From Octopus vulgaris (taxonomy: Eukaryota): a stretch of 64,000 bases of DNA. The stretch spans positions 94,364,001-94,428,000 of the forward strand of contig OX597820.1 in NCBI GenBank assembly GCA_951406725.2, given 5' to 3'. The position numbers and the translations under genes were made by a program. Positions 38,383-52,396 of this stretch are shown one piece after another. The notes under the pieces are model-generated. The model did not search any database, had not been told where the DNA came from, and saw only the letters and a list, made by a program, of their open reading frames with translations. The first letter of the stretch is position 1, and the number at the start of each line of letters is the position of its first letter.

Positions 38383-40508
38383 AGAGGTGGGCACCTTTAA
38401 TCGGAAAGTTAACTTCGTTTCTTTCCAAAAAGTCAACTTCGTTCACCATTAATCCGTTAATACTTTGAAAATGTAACAGAAGTTAAAATTAATCCGTTAA
38501 CGTTAACTTTAATTGAAAAAGGCATAACTATAGTTTAATACCCCACAATTTTGCTGCCTCATAACTTCCAGAAAAATGGATACTTTTTAACGAAGCTTTC
38601 ACCAAATAATTGCTTATATCCTATAGGTTGAGTATATGTAACGATTTATTCGGAAAAATTGTCTGAGTGGTTGGATAGAGGAGTTTCGTGAAACCCACAG
38701 GACCCGACATAGGTATTTTTTTTAATGAAATTTTATACAAATACCTTTCAAACGGCGTTAGTTACGATTACAAAGAAATTTGTAGGCAAAAGTTTTGGAA
38801 GGGGGTGGGATGGGGGGGGGGAGGTTCTGATCACGCAGCCCACACAAGTTGGAGCTTCTCCGGTTTAACAGGGATTTTTTCCAGTGTTTTAACCAAAGTT
38901 TTCAGAATGATGGGAGGCATCTTTTCACGAAAAAAATGTTTTAAGTTTCAAAAAAATTTTTTCACCCTCGTCAGCCCCTCACCACCCTATTGCGAAACGA
39001 TTTGGGCTATTTTTTCTCTACGTACTTAAAACCCGCGAGAGAAACATTTCCGGTTTTTCAAATATTGTCAATAATTTCAAAGGAAAACATGTGATTTAAG
39101 AGAGATCTGGCTATTGCTAGAAGCACATCCCCAAAGCTCCCTTCTCGTTTCTTTCTCACTCACACGCCTATTGATATTCTTCAATATTTTTCTCCCCATA
39201 AACAAATTTTATGGAATGATGATGTCAAAATAACCCACGTGTCGTCCCAACTGAGCGAGGCCGTGTTATGTGTGTGTGGAAGAAAAAATCACCTAAAAAC
39301 ATCTTTAGTGTCAAATATAATGCTTATTTGTTCACGTTATTTTGAATTATTCAGGTTCAAGAGAGGTGTCCACAATATTTGCTTGCAACTTTGTAAATCT
39401 TTTACATACAGATTTGAAATTTTATCAGTGGGTGCTTTATATACTACTGGTTTATAGTTATGTAATTTTAGCTGATCTTGCTTAGTAAATTTGACTTTTA
39501 TGGGCAGGTAAATCTAATGAACAGGTGTAAATGCAATAACATTAATGATAAACACTAAAATTGAAATTCTTAATGCATCTTATTTGTTTGATTTGTTACA
39601 AAAACTATCCCAGATGGCAAACGACAAAAATTTTGCCACTTTTCAAAATGAGGTACATTAATTTGAATTAATTAAAATACAGGTACAGTCGGTACAAGAT
39701 TTTATTCTTTCGGTAAATATATCGTACCTCGGTGTGGAGTAATATTTTTTCATAGTTTTTTCTGGTGCATTCAATGTATCTGACCTTCAAACCCGCCGCA
39801 AACCACATTTTCCCGGAAAAGAAAGATGGTGGGGACCTCGAAGTTTCCCCACCAAGGGAGTTTTGTTTCACGGGTCTTTTTTTCTTTTCCATGTTATTTT
39901 GCATGCTTTCAACGAATGTGACATTGAAAATTCACGTAAACGGCTCTATTTTCCAGAAAAGGACACATTTAGCTGCTACTTCTAGCATGCCCTATTACCA
40001 CGTAACAGCTATTTGAGTTCACACCGAAATATTTAACAACTTTGTTCGTTCTACTTATTTTTTCCACTTTATGGAAGTCAATATTTTCTCTGTTGGCATC
40101 CACCTCTGCAAGGTCACGGATCAAGTGGAAACACATCAATCACTGTTTCCTCTTGACAGGACAAAGAAATTTCCCGATGTCTTTGCATGCAACAAGCTGG
40201 TGGATGTGGTTTCAAATCCAGATAGGACCAAACGAGGTCCTACAAGTTACTTATAATAATAAGTGACGTTATATCGGGGCTGAAAGAATAACGCGTACAA
40301 TATTAAATATGCTGAGACAATCTGTAAACAATAGAAACTTTTAAACGTTTGCCAGTTTTTACGAAATTTTGGAGTTAACGGACTTGAGTTAACGGAAGTT
40401 AAATGTAACGGAAGTTAATTAGTCCGACAATGATTTTCAAAGTTAACCTAAAAGTTAAATCGCTAACGAAAATGTTAACTTCATAAATTAATGATTAAAG
40501 GATTAACG
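38383..40508. mobile_element. Probable non-autonomous hAT-like element with subterminal AGTTAAC/TTAACGG repeats
   Basis: Left end CAGAGGTGGGCACC plus clustered GTTAAC repeats. Inverted cluster at 40370-40508. Right TIR not intact. Confidence 0.45.
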
Positions 40509-40558
40509 AGAGAGAGAGAGAGAGAGAGATACATACATACATACCTGTGCCCGCGGGC

Positions 40559-40589
<31 letters not shown>

Positions 40590-41414
40590 GATGAGGAAAA
40601 GAAAGATATATGTACATGAGAAATAGAAAGATGGACGTTGGTCACACGCATACATTTCCAAGTAAGTTGATCTTAATAATTTTGATGCGACTCTGCCCTG
40701 TACAGTTCTCTCTCACCCCCTCTCGTTTTCTCTCTCTTCTTTTCTCTATTTTCCCCTTTCTCCTTTCGTTTTTTCTCCTCTCATCCTTTCTCTAATTCTT
40801 TTTTCTCCCCTTCACCGTTTTCTATCTGTCTCCCTCTCTTCTCTCCTCCCCTTACTCTCTCGTTGCTTACACGTGACCATCGTCCATCTTTCTTCTCCTC
40901 ACGCGATCATCTTTCTTTTCTATCGGTCTTTCGCACAGACCAGACGCATTCTTGTCTGTCTCCTTTCCTATCTTTTCTCCTGTCAAAAATGTTCCTCCAG
41001 CGTTGCCACCTTACCTCGTCTGGCCTAGCACTGTTTGTTTTCACTGTCTTGTTTTTGTTACCAACTTTGACCCTCCGCAAATCCCAAATTTTATTTTGGT
41101 TCGTGAGAGCAACTGTTTCTCAAAGGCACATATGTGGAGTAGATAAACAGTTGACAACTGATGAAGGGTCGTTTTACTTTTCTTGTTTTCCATTTGTTTT
41201 TCTCGTTGTTCGCATACAAAAGTTTGTCTTCGTAGTTCATATTGTTTTCGTATTTCCTGTTGTTTACATTTTGTGGCGTCCTGTACCCATATATGTATAT
41301 TTATATATACATATATATATGTAAGTATGTGCATATATGTATGTATATATGCATATATATATATTTCTTTATTTATATGGTTGAACGCCACGCATCCATT
41401 TCCAAGTAAGTTTA

Positions 41415-41503
<89 letters not shown>

Positions 41504-42049
41504 TGTATGTATGTATGTATGTATGTATAAATATTTGCATAATTGTTTCATTAAACAATTAAGCATTCAGAAATTAGACTTGATATGTTATTTGAAGGCT
41601 AAGTAGCCATTTATATTTATTATCAACTTGTTAACAAGTAACAGTATTTTGGGATGACTATAATGACGTTGATTGTAGTCATTGTCGATAACACTGGCTT
41701 ACAAAAATTTCTGTTTGTTCTGTGGCAAGGATGTGAATAGGTGTTTCTTTTTACTAATTTTGACTTGGCGATTTCAGTTTTCTGAACAGTTTTGCTCTAT
41801 CATCTCTAGTTTTTTTGTTTTCATATATCCCATTTTAATTATACTGCATATGAATTCAAAATATAATTTGTTTATTTCATCTGTTACAAAAGCATATTAT
41901 AAAAGGAAAAAAGAACCCAGCATAGATACAGAACATTTATCGAACTAAATTACTTGAATAATACAATACACAAATCATTGTACAGCAGGAAGTTACAAAT
42001 GAGTTTTTTTGCTTTTGTTTTCTTTTTTTATTCTTGTTTTTTTTTTAAC

Positions 42050-42960
42050 GACCTTTTCCTCCGGGATGTCACGCAAGAGCATCCAGCAAAAGTTCCCCAT
42101 CCTGCTGGGGTTCCATTTGCCTTGCTAGTTGCTCTCCATCGTAGTAATATCTTGATGGAACCTTTCTCCATGTTCATCACTCACTACTCCGAGCTTCAAA
42201 GAGAAGTTGAGGTGGGAGTGGAGGAAGTGAATTTTGAGTGACATTTGGCATTCCATATCCTCATAAGACTATAATAACTTCTCGATACACTCCTGGTAAT
42301 CTAGCACTCATGTGTTACGAACGAAGCCATGGCAGACTGCCTTAAATACTTCCTATGCTCTCAGTTCCTTTAAGGTAAGAAGCTCCTCAAAGTCCTTATC
42401 CTTCAGCACCTCTCGGATCTGAAGTCTTACGAAGACGTTCTCCTTGGGCTTTGCAGAACTCAAAGCAGGCAACAGTGCTCAAGTGTTGGAAGGCAACGCC
42501 AGTTTTACTCATAGCCTTCACGAAATTCTTCATTAAACAAAGCTTAATATGAAGCGGAGAAAGAAGTATCTTGTTCAACACTGTGCTCCTAGATCCTCGA
42601 TCCTTCTGCTTGTAGTATTTGGGCAGAGTCTAACTGTTCCAGAGACAGAGAAAGCAACAGTACTTTGTGAAGCCCGCTTGTATACCCATAAGGAGTCTAA
42701 TGACCTTGAGATCCCCACAGAGACTCCACTAGTTGTACTTGATAACTTCCAAAAGGAGCTATATATTATCATACGACTCCTTCAGATGGACTGAGTAGGC
42801 AATGAGAATGCTACAATATTCCCATTGTGCAGGAGCTATAAATTGATCATATATATGGTTACGTGGATTGTCACAAAATCATAATAATGTATATCTCAAA
42901 AACTAGAGGTGATGATTGAAAACCAGTTTTGTATCTGAAATCAGCACCTAAAAATAAGGC
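42050..42960 (-). mobile_element. DNA transposase relic (probably CMC/Chapaev3-type)
   Basis: LLSPLHIKLCLMKNFVKAM and ...SDEHGERFHQDI..ME motifs. Superfamily assignment is from memory of these motifs. Confidence 0.6.
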
Positions 42961-44123
42961 TAGAACGAATCGATCAATATTTTCATTTCATGCATGGTTC
43001 GTCTAAAAACCTGTTATTTATTATGTGAATCATTTTTAAAGATGGTAATATATGATTAAAAAAAAGATTTGGTTGTTGTTTCTTACAACACGAATGACCT
43101 CATAAAGGCTCCTTCGTTTCGTTGATTGTAATAATGATGATGATAACAGCGGTGGTGGTGGTGGTGGTGGTGATGGTAGTCGTCATCTTCGTTGTCGTGA
43201 TGGTGGCTATTATAGAGATGATAGAGCGATAGAGATGATAGAGCGATAGAGATTATGATGATGAGGTTCATACTAGTTATAGTGATGACAATTGCTTTAG
43301 TGAGGACGATAATAATAGAGCTTAAAATTTGTACAGAAATCGTAGAATACATGAACCTAACTCAATACATAACTGGTACTTATTCTAGAGTTCCTCGGTA
43401 TATTTCAATACAGAATGTAGAGGACAAAAATATATATTAAGAGGTAGTGTCGATCTTTGCCATTACACTACTTTAATAATAGTAATGATCAATTAAGCTG
43501 ATCTCACTTGCACCTCTGAAAGCCTCATTTATGTAATCAGATGTATGGGCTGCCATAAAAAACTACATAGGGTCGACAAGAATGTCTCTCAGAAGGAGAT
43601 GTACAGTCCACATACAACAGATATCTACTGCACAATATCACCAGATATGCAAAAAAAAATTCCTAATTTTCCCAATATATCAATTTGCTATTTGGACCTC
43701 AACACAAGGCCTCATTTATCGAACAATATAAACCAGAATTAAATATAAATCTATATTGAAAATTAAAGATTTACCCCTATCTATTGAAGAATATAAGCCA
43801 GAACCAAATGTAAACCAATTTTTAAAATTTACAGATTTACCTCCCCTTTACTGAAAAATATATTGGTTACCAATTATACCCGCTAGCAAAAAAAATCTCT
43901 AATTCAGAATTGCATCCCAAACTCAAAATTCGAAAAACGGTAGCGAAACTGGTTATTATTTCGGAAGAAAAGCATCTTATGTTGTATAATATTGTATAAT
44001 ATTTTTGCTATGATGATTCTAATATATTCTTTAGTCTTGTAAAACAAACCTCTATGTTTTACATCTTATTCATTATACATACTTACATACATAAATACAC
44101 ACACACACACACACATACATATG

Positions 44124-44510
44124 CAGGGGTTGGACAAAATAATGGAAACATCTTAGAATTTCAGACAAATTTATTTTAATATGGGGTAGGTCCGCCTTTG
44201 GCAGTAATTACAGCTTGAATTCTACGAGGTATGGGCTCGTACAAAGTTTGAATTGCTTCCAATGGAATTTTTCTCCATTCTTCAGCTAAAACAGTTTCCA
44301 GTTCTTGATTGTGATGATGGTGGAGGATATCCACTCCTTACTTGTTTTTCTAAAATGCACTATAAATGCTCAATAATATTGAGATCTGGGGACTGTGGCG
44401 GGCAGATAAGATGTTCAACTTCACTAGAACGTTCCTCGTGCCATTCAGTAACAACTTTAGCTGTGTGAATTGGTGCCTTATCATCCTGAAAGACTGCGTT
44501 TCCCTCCGGA
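44124..44510 (-). mobile_element. Tc1 (DD34E) 3' end with TIR
   Basis: TIR CAGGGGTTGGACAAAATAATGGAAACA. Peptide VFQDDKAPIHTAKVVTEW...PPQSPDLNIIEHL...PRRIQAVITAKGGPTPY*. Confidence 0.85.
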
Positions 44511-44641
44511 AGTGGTGTCTTTCTCAACCATGTTCACTCGGGAAAATTAGGAAGTCATAAATTGGGATTGTCGAAAATGTATTTCATCCTCTTAGAAAAA
44601 ATGATACTTATTCGTTTTTGTTGTTTTTGTTCAATCTTTAG

Positions 44642-44766
44642 CAATCAGACATGCAGTTGGCAGATCTTTTCGGGAGGCAAAGATTTAGCAATTGAAATTG
44701 AATGGACTCGAATAGATATTGCCTTGTCTGATGGATGCAGTGAAGATTATGTGCAAGTATATAACG
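44642..44766 (+). CDS. CUB protein exon 3 (CUB1 middle: NQTCSWQIFSGGKDLAIEIEWTRIDIALSDGCSEDYVQVYN)
   Basis: Polypyrimidine tract plus tttAG, G|GTGAGT donor, 125 nt, phase 2 to 1. CUB C-x-W and C-x-x-D-Y-V-x-V-Y motifs. Confidence 0.92.
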
Positions 44767-45798
44767 GTGAGTTCGAGGATTTCCTACAATTAATATATCA
44801 AATGCTAATATGTGTGTGAGTACAATCGTGTTCTTTTGAAGGTCGCTCCTCAGCGACCTGGGTTCGATACTGCAGCATGGCAAAATGGACAAGTATCGTC
44901 ACCTACTGTCTGAGTGGAATTTGGTTGACAGACACTGCACGAAAGCACGTCATATGTATGTGTGCGCGCGTGTGTTCATGTGTGTATGCATATATCTATT
45001 CACACTCACACACACACACATATGTATACATGCATACATATGCATATATGTATACACACACACACATATATATAAAGGCAGACAGACAGACAGGAAAACA
45101 GACACAGAATCAGACAGATACACACAGACGTGACTGAGAAGCATAGGTGCGGGCATGGTTCTATGTAATAGATGCGGGTGTGTGGCCGTGTGGCATGAAG
45201 TTAACTTTCCAGTCACGTGGTTTCGAGTTCTGTCCCACTTCGTGGTACCCTGGGCAACAGAGGTTGTTGAATATTCCTGAGCCTAGTATAATATTCTTTG
45301 GTCGTTGTGTCATTGTCTACAGCACATTTATATGTACTTTATTTCGTTCGTTTACTGCATTCATTACGGCCAAAGACATGCTGGAGTAACATCGGCATTA
45401 TACATTTTCATCAATTGCTCAGAATTTGTAACATTCGTTGTCAAATAATGCATGTATATATGTATGTATGTATGCATTCATATACGTACGGACGGAAGGG
45501 TGTATAAATGTATATGCTGTGTGTAAACACACACATGTAAATACATGCATACAGAACATTTATAAAAAGACCTTGTCTTTGAGAACATTTATAAAATGAC
45601 CTTACAGGTTTCCTCTTTTTTCTCATATATATGTAAGCATAATGTTTAAGCCGCCTTCGGCGTATCTTCTACGTATGTTCCATGGGCGACCCATGGCCTA
45701 CCTACGAAACTAGGTAGTCATTGCGTATTATTGTAGCTTTTCATCCCCAAGTCAACCATATTCTCTAATCATGTATTTTCTCCTCTTTATTTCTTTAG

Positions 45799-45954
45799 GT
45801 TTAAATCGAGAAAACGGAGAACTGGTTGATCACCGCTGTGGTCAGAGTGTTCGAATACGAAACATAGTCGGCCGTTATGCATTCATATACTTTCACTCCA
45901 ATCACGAAAACACTGGTAAAGGGTTCGAGTTTCGTTATAGGGTTGTGAAACGAG
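45799..45954 (+). CDS. CUB protein exon 4 (CUB1 C-part: GLNRENGELVDHRCGQSVRIRNIVGRYAFIYFHSNHENTGKGFEFRYRVVKR)
   Basis: ttctttAG acceptor, G|GTAACA donor, 156 nt, phase 1 to 1. CG...F.S......GF...Y CUB motif. Confidence 0.92.
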
Positions 45955-46222
45955 GTAACAATTATTTTCTTTTTCCTTTTTCAATATGGCGTTTTCATAG
46001 TTTTACGTGTGTTTACGATATGCAAAACCTGAGGCTAGATGAAATAGATACAAGGATGTAAAGCAGTCATGCGCAAACTGAGGCCCACGAAACTTTCCGA
46101 TTGGCACGCTTAACGAAAACTGACCTTGACATCTCTTGTCATCATGCAACCCACCTGATGAGGAGTCATGTCGCATGTGACCTGCTTCTCGAAAGAGGTT
46201 GCCCTTTTATATAAATATATTC

Positions 46223-46259
<37 letters not shown>

Positions 46260-46340
46260 ATGCATATATATACATGTATGTAAGTATATATGCACGTACG
46301 TATATAAGTATATATATATGTTTGTATGCACACACACACG

Positions 46341-46441
<101 letters not shown>

Positions 46442-46679
46442 AAATGTAATTACACGTGTACTGCTGGCGATTTTTCCCCTTTCCTTTTGTTTTGGACTTT
46501 CCTATCTCCTGTTTCCGAAGACGAACTATGCTTGAAACGTAAAAGAAGACACTCCTTTTTTCTTTCTCCGAACGTCTCATTAATACTTTACATGTGCTAC
46601 GTCCATGAGTTGTTTTTTTCTTGTCTTTTTTCACCGTTTTTTAAGAATTAAATATATATATATATGACACGGATGCCTT

Positions 46680-47210
46680 GCAAACTTTATGGCAAATCCA
46701 TCATATATATATAAAAGAAAAAGAAAACAATACCTCATTGAAAATTAAAATATTTTGAAAAATCAAAAGATTATCAACTAGCTTATGATTGGGCGTTAAC
46801 ACTTTACTCCAATTAGCTCCCCCACCGAGCTTCCACCACAGCGTCAAGACAGCACCAGAACCTGTCGCACACGTTCCTCACTGTATCTCTGGGAAGATCT
46901 TCGAACACTTCCTTGATCTTGGCCACCAACTCGGCCTTATTGTTGCAGGCAGAGCGGTGTCTTTCTCAACCGTGCTCACTCGGGAGAATTAGGAAGTCAG
47001 AAATTGAGATTGTTGAAACTTTGAACATTCTCTGACAGCCGCTTCTGACTCTTTCAGTAAGTATGGCAAGGAGTCGAACCCTGCTGTCACACATTTGACC
47101 TTCCAGCATCAACCCTCTCTAGCCAAGATTTGCCCACAATCTTCAGCCGTCTGAATTAAGCCCAAGACTCCGTTAATCAGTTGCTGGATGAACTCTGGCG
47201 TGCTGACGCA
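46680..47210 (-). mobile_element. Second decayed copy of the same Tc1/mariner family (a fragment also at about 44510-44585)
   Basis: CCTTGATCTTGGCCACCAACT.GGC shared with 8815-8840. GGTGTCTTTCTCAACC.TG.TCACTCGGGA.AATTAGGAAGTC shared with 44515. Confidence 0.65.
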
Positions 47211-48540
47211 GTCACAACGCCTGCTGTGTCCCTTGCTGCTGATGTAGAATATCTAAAAAGTTGACATTACTTAGTTTCGTCTCAGCTTTGATCCTTAAGC
47301 CCATACAATGGAAGAGTGCAATAATATCGTTTCCTTCTTAAGGCTACTGATCTCATTTAAATTTATATTGCGGATAAGAATAAAGCTTTTATTGTTGGGT
47401 CCTCTAGCTCACGAATATGAGAATTCTGAATGCAAACGATCCAAAATATATGCCCCGTGTAAGTATTCGTAATTCTAACCCGTCATATGCACCCATTGGC
47501 ACATCAAGCATCTAATTAATATGTATTTATGGAAGGTTAGAAAATTAGACAACATTCTTGGTGTGGTAAAAAAAGGAAGATACAATTAGGAATTATCTAC
47601 TTCTCTCACAATTAACAAAATGTAATTAGCTAGCAATTATTAGAATCAAAATGGGACACATTTGATCACTTTGACGACAACGACGGTGACGACGATGATG
47701 ACGATCTCAGTTATCATAACAACCTTATATTGTTCATATAATTGCGACAACTTCCTGAGCCTTGGTAATAAATACTTTAGTCCCAAATTGTTGTTAATCC
47801 CATTACAAAACGCACTTTTACAATGCTAGATTCACCCGACTAATTCAAGATATCTCGGTGAATATTATTGACAGCCTACGCTTTCTTTAATGACACTCAA
47901 TGAAATCCACACTTTCTTGTGCTTATTACGAACCCCAAACCCTTTGAACTTATTTTGCTGCCCTGATTCCTGACCCTAACTTGCAAATCTATTTGGCGAT
48001 CGTTCACATTAACCACATTAAAATATGTATGACCTACATTCTCCAAAAAAGCAAAACAAAGTTGAGGTGATTATAGGTACTTTCCTCTCGCCCTTCAGAC
48101 TAACAATATTTGAATTCAAAATTATAAGGAAAACAGAATTGTAATTTATGATCTCATTCTTTTCTCGAAGACTTTGGTGTTCATGCTCGTATGTATATAT
48201 TTAATTAGAGGTTGAAATAGCCTTCATTAAGGGATAAAAATATTCAATGAATTACTGATTCATTGCCTAGTATTTTTGTGACTAGTGATATTCATAAAAT
48301 AATAGGTCTGAATATAAATCATGGTTAATAAATATTCAAACGAAAATTCAGAAAATGGAGACGTAGCATTAATATAGTTTATTAACTGCAAAAATCGAGC
48401 ATTGGAATTTTGCAGTTAATAATTTATATTAATGCTACAACTCCATTTCCTGAATTTTCTTTCTTCTTTATACACATATACACATACATACATTCATACA
48501 TACATACATACATACATACATACATACATACATACATACA

Positions 48541-48576
<36 letters not shown>

Positions 48577-48659
48577 TATATAAGGGCAGATAAAAAGAAT
48601 TAGAGAAAGGAAGAGAGAAAAACGAATAAGATAATAACAGAATATGCATATATATATAC

Positions 48660-48691
<32 letters not shown>

Positions 48692-48810
48692 AAACACACA
48701 CACACACAAACACACACACACACTCATATCCTCTATAGAGAAGAAATTAATTTATTGTGTGTTGTATTAAGTAATAACAAATTTTGACTTTGTTATTTTT
48801 TTTTTGTCAG

Positions 48811-48907
48811 ATCCAGATCCTAAAATGAAGCATATCTCATTGACAGCACACCCATACCAATGGCAAGAATTCACTTCACCATACTACCCCAAACCCTATT
48901 ATGGCAG
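48811..48907 (+). CDS. CUB protein exon 5 (CUB2 N-part: DPDPKMKHISLTAHPYQWQEFTSPYYPKPYYG)
   Basis: T-rich tract plus gtcAG, AG|GTTAGT donor, 97 nt, phase 1 to 2. FTSPYYPKPY matches the CUB SP-x-YP-x-x-Y motif. Too short for the ORF track. Confidence 0.9.
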
Positions 48908-49799
48908 GTTAGTTTATTAAACAATCTTAACATATGTTTATGTGATATCAGTTTATATTTTCTGATGTGTTTTCAACATTTTACAACCTTAAGACGGTGA
49001 GCTGACAGAATCGTTAGCATGCCGGGCAAAATCCTTTGCGGCATTTCGTCCATTTTTACGTTCTGAGTTCAAATTCTGCCGAGTTTAACATCGCCTTTCA
49101 TCCTTTCGGGGTCGATAAAATAAAAACCATTTGAACACTGGAGTCGATGAAATCGACTCACCCTCCCCTAAAATTACTGGCCTTTGAAACCAGTATTTTG
49201 AAATCAGTATTTGAAACCAGTATTTATTTCAAACCAGTATTAAATTTGATACTAGTATTTACAGCCTCATCACTTATATAAATATAAATGGTCATTGTTG
49301 TTGTTGGAACCCAAATCAATCCTCATTGAGCAAGCCTAAGTTGGAAGTCTTTCCAAACATGCCCATTCCATCCGTTTGTATGTATCAAGGATTAATTTAA
49401 TGAATTCCTCGTATGTTTGTTTTTCTTATGACAATATAATGGGATTTGAAAGGCAATGGCGCTTAGTTTTTGCTTGTCAAGTTGTCCCAGTGACGATGTT
49501 TTGTGGGCTCTAACTCTGTATTAACAAAACCACGTTTAATTTTTAAAACTGGGTAGGTTTTTCTGTTATAACGCTGATCCCGTAATTATTGTTGAACATC
49601 ATGGGCTCAGAGTCTACTTAAACAGACCCAGAACACAGGATTAGCTCACGGTTAAACACTCCATAAATGGTTGAGGCATAGCTTTGTAATTAAGCAGTTC
49701 GCTTTGCAAACTCATTATTTCGGGTTCGATTCCACTAAGGAGTATGTATGGTGTTTTCAACTATAACCACGCATCTGACTAATGTCTTGTCAGTGGAAA

Positions 49800-49836
<37 letters not shown>

Positions 49837-50251
49837 GATTAAATAAACTGGAAATATATCGAAACCTGTTGTGTGTTACGTATATACACAGATGCGTGCG
49901 CCCTTACATGCGCGCACATACGCGCACACTGGCACATACGCGCACACTGGCACATGCGTGTGTGACATGTATGTGTGTACGCATTTGTTTGTATATCTTT
50001 GACCAATGTTTATGACCGAATGATTTAAAGTGGTGCTTTTTCGAATGAAGCTCCTAAAGGCATTTGATCTGTACTAAGTTACGCACCCACTCTCACATCA
50101 CTGTCGTGAGCGCTCTAAACCAGCGACGTTATTGTTCATCAGTTGCCACATAAAATTAAATACAGTCTCTCTCTTTCTCTCTCACACACACTTGCATTCA
50201 TACAAACATACTTACATACATACATACATATATACACATACATACATACAC

Positions 50252-50474
50252 GAGCTGGCAGAAACGTTAGCACGCCGGGCGAAATGCGTGGCCGTATTTC
50301 GTCTGCCGTTACGTTCTGAGTTCAAATTCCACCGAGGTCGACTTTGCCTTTCATCCTTTCGGGGTCGATAAATTAAGTACCAGTTGCGCACTGGGGTCGA
50401 TGTAATCGACTTAATCCCTTTGTCTGTCCTTGTTTGTCCTCTCTGTGTTTAGCCCCTTGTGGGTAGTAAAGAAA
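50252..50474 (+). mobile_element. SINE family B monomer
   Basis: GAGCTGGCAGAAACGTTAGCACGCCGGG...GAGTTCAAATTCC (B-box-like) plus core. Older copies at about 405-510, 5720-5850, 28125-28480, 34215-34390, 48992-49190 and 51103-51320. Confidence 0.8.
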
Positions 50475-50799
50475 TATATATATTGTACACACACACACAC
50501 ACACATACAAGACACGGTGGTGAATTTCCCTGCTAATTTTGATTCTTTTCGTGGGTGAGAGACCACTAGTGAGTATCATACGAGAGTAGATGCCCACTAA
50601 GTCTGGTTTTATGAAAGCACGCTCTAACGATACTTCCAGACTGCTGCTACCATACAATAAGACGGGTGGCCACAGTCGACTTGCTTTTATCAAAGACATC
50701 ATAGGTCTCTTCAATTCGGATTGGCCTTGAGCTAAATAACAATTATAACAGTCACTCCTTCACAACATTTTGTTCAATTCACCACTCTTTTATTTAATA

Positions 50800-51084
50800 C
50801 TAGCAGTATCGCCCGACGTTGCTCGGGTTTGTAAGGGAAATAACTATATAAGCATTTTTAGAGAGTTATAGCCAAAAAATAGCGAAAAAAATGCATTAAA
50901 ATGGAAAAAAATGATGGTAAATTATTTTTAAAATCGTAGACGCGCGCTAATACCCAGAAGGGCACGATATGAATCACGACTATAAGATACCTGGTTTTGG
51001 TTAAACTGCACCGCAAAATGTGGGAGTAGTTAGGAATCTAAATCGTAGGAGACAGACACACAACTTCACTTTTATATATAAAGA
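50800..51084 (-). mobile_element. Non-autonomous Helitron, copy 3 (shortest variant)
   Basis: Same termini as copies 1 and 2, inserted between A and T with no TSD. Confidence 0.8.
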
Positions 51085-51413
51085 TTAAGTTTTACATTTA
51101 ATGGGTGAGCTGGCAGAACCGCTAGCACGCTGGGCAAAATGCTTAACGGTATTTCGTCCGTCTCTACGTTCTGAGTTCAAATACCACCGAGGTCGACTGT
51201 ACCTTTCGTCATTTCGGAGTCAATAAAATAGCTACCAGTTGCAGATTGGGGTAGATGAAATCGACTTATCTCCTCCCTCGAACTTGTTGATCATGTGCGA
51301 AAATTTGAAACCAATATTAAGTATTACATTATTGTCGACTTTTTGTTAATTTATCTCACACCATGCATTATCTGTGTCTCTCTTTTTCTCTTTCCTTGTT
51401 TTTTTTTTTATAG

Positions 51414-51538
51414 TGATACAGACAGGCATTGGTTGATTAGTGCCGACGATCCACGAGAAGTGGTACATATAAAGTTCCTTGATTTTGACATTGAGGAAAC
51501 ACCAAACTGTACAGCAGATTCCATTCGTATATATGATG
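51414..51538 (+). CDS. CUB protein exon 6 (CUB2 middle: DTDRHWLISADDPREVVHIKFLDFDIEETPNCTADSIRIYD)
   Basis: Long pyrimidine tract plus tAG, G|GTTAGC donor, 125 nt, phase 2 to 1. Classic F-x-D-F-D-I-E...C-x-x-D-x-I-x-I-Y-D-G. Confidence 0.93.
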
Positions 51539-51672
51539 GTTAGCGATATTTATTTTCTGCAACATAATCACAAACCTTTATAGATGAACACAAACGTAAC
51601 AGAGGGTACCTAGTTACACATTAAATCACTGAGGCAATCATAAAAAATCTCCCACTATTATTATTATTAATA

Positions 51673-51712
<40 letters not shown>

Positions 51713-52396
51713 TGAGTAAGAGAGCAGCGCATGTCATCAAAGTAACTCAGGGGTACAATTATACGAAGCCCTATATACCCATCATGACTACCCGTCTGAT
51801 AACGGTACGCCAGGCACATGCATCACAACCACATGTGTGCGACATGGTGATCTTAAATCAAGATAAACTGCGCATGACGTTGCAGATGGGGCCCAGTTAG
51901 AATTTTCTTCAGGTTGAGTAGCTCATTCCACTTAAATGGTCCCTGAATAAGGTTTGTTTAAGGATGATGAACGAAACACTCATGTTTCCAGAAGTTAATT
52001 GTTCAAATCCCAAAGAATTCCTCTCAACACGTGACTATGACACTCCCCTACTACTGCTGTTCATGATCAGAGATGCACATATCATCAGCCACCAAGGGAC
52101 ATGCTCAACTGGTTAAGGTCAAACAACTGACAAGCAAATCTATGGTATTAAGTAGAATATTTACTGTAGCCCATGTTTTATACCAAGACAAAACAATGTA
52201 CTTACTTACTTGTACTTGTGGCGACATTCACCCTGGGCAGGTTGAGTCGGCTTCTTCTACTCATGGAAGAAGTTTCGTGGGAATATGTGGATTTCACAAG
52301 CGGTCCCCGCATGTGGAGACTTTATTATTATTATCATTATTATTATTATCATTATTATTATTATTATTATTACTATTACTATTACTATTATTATTA

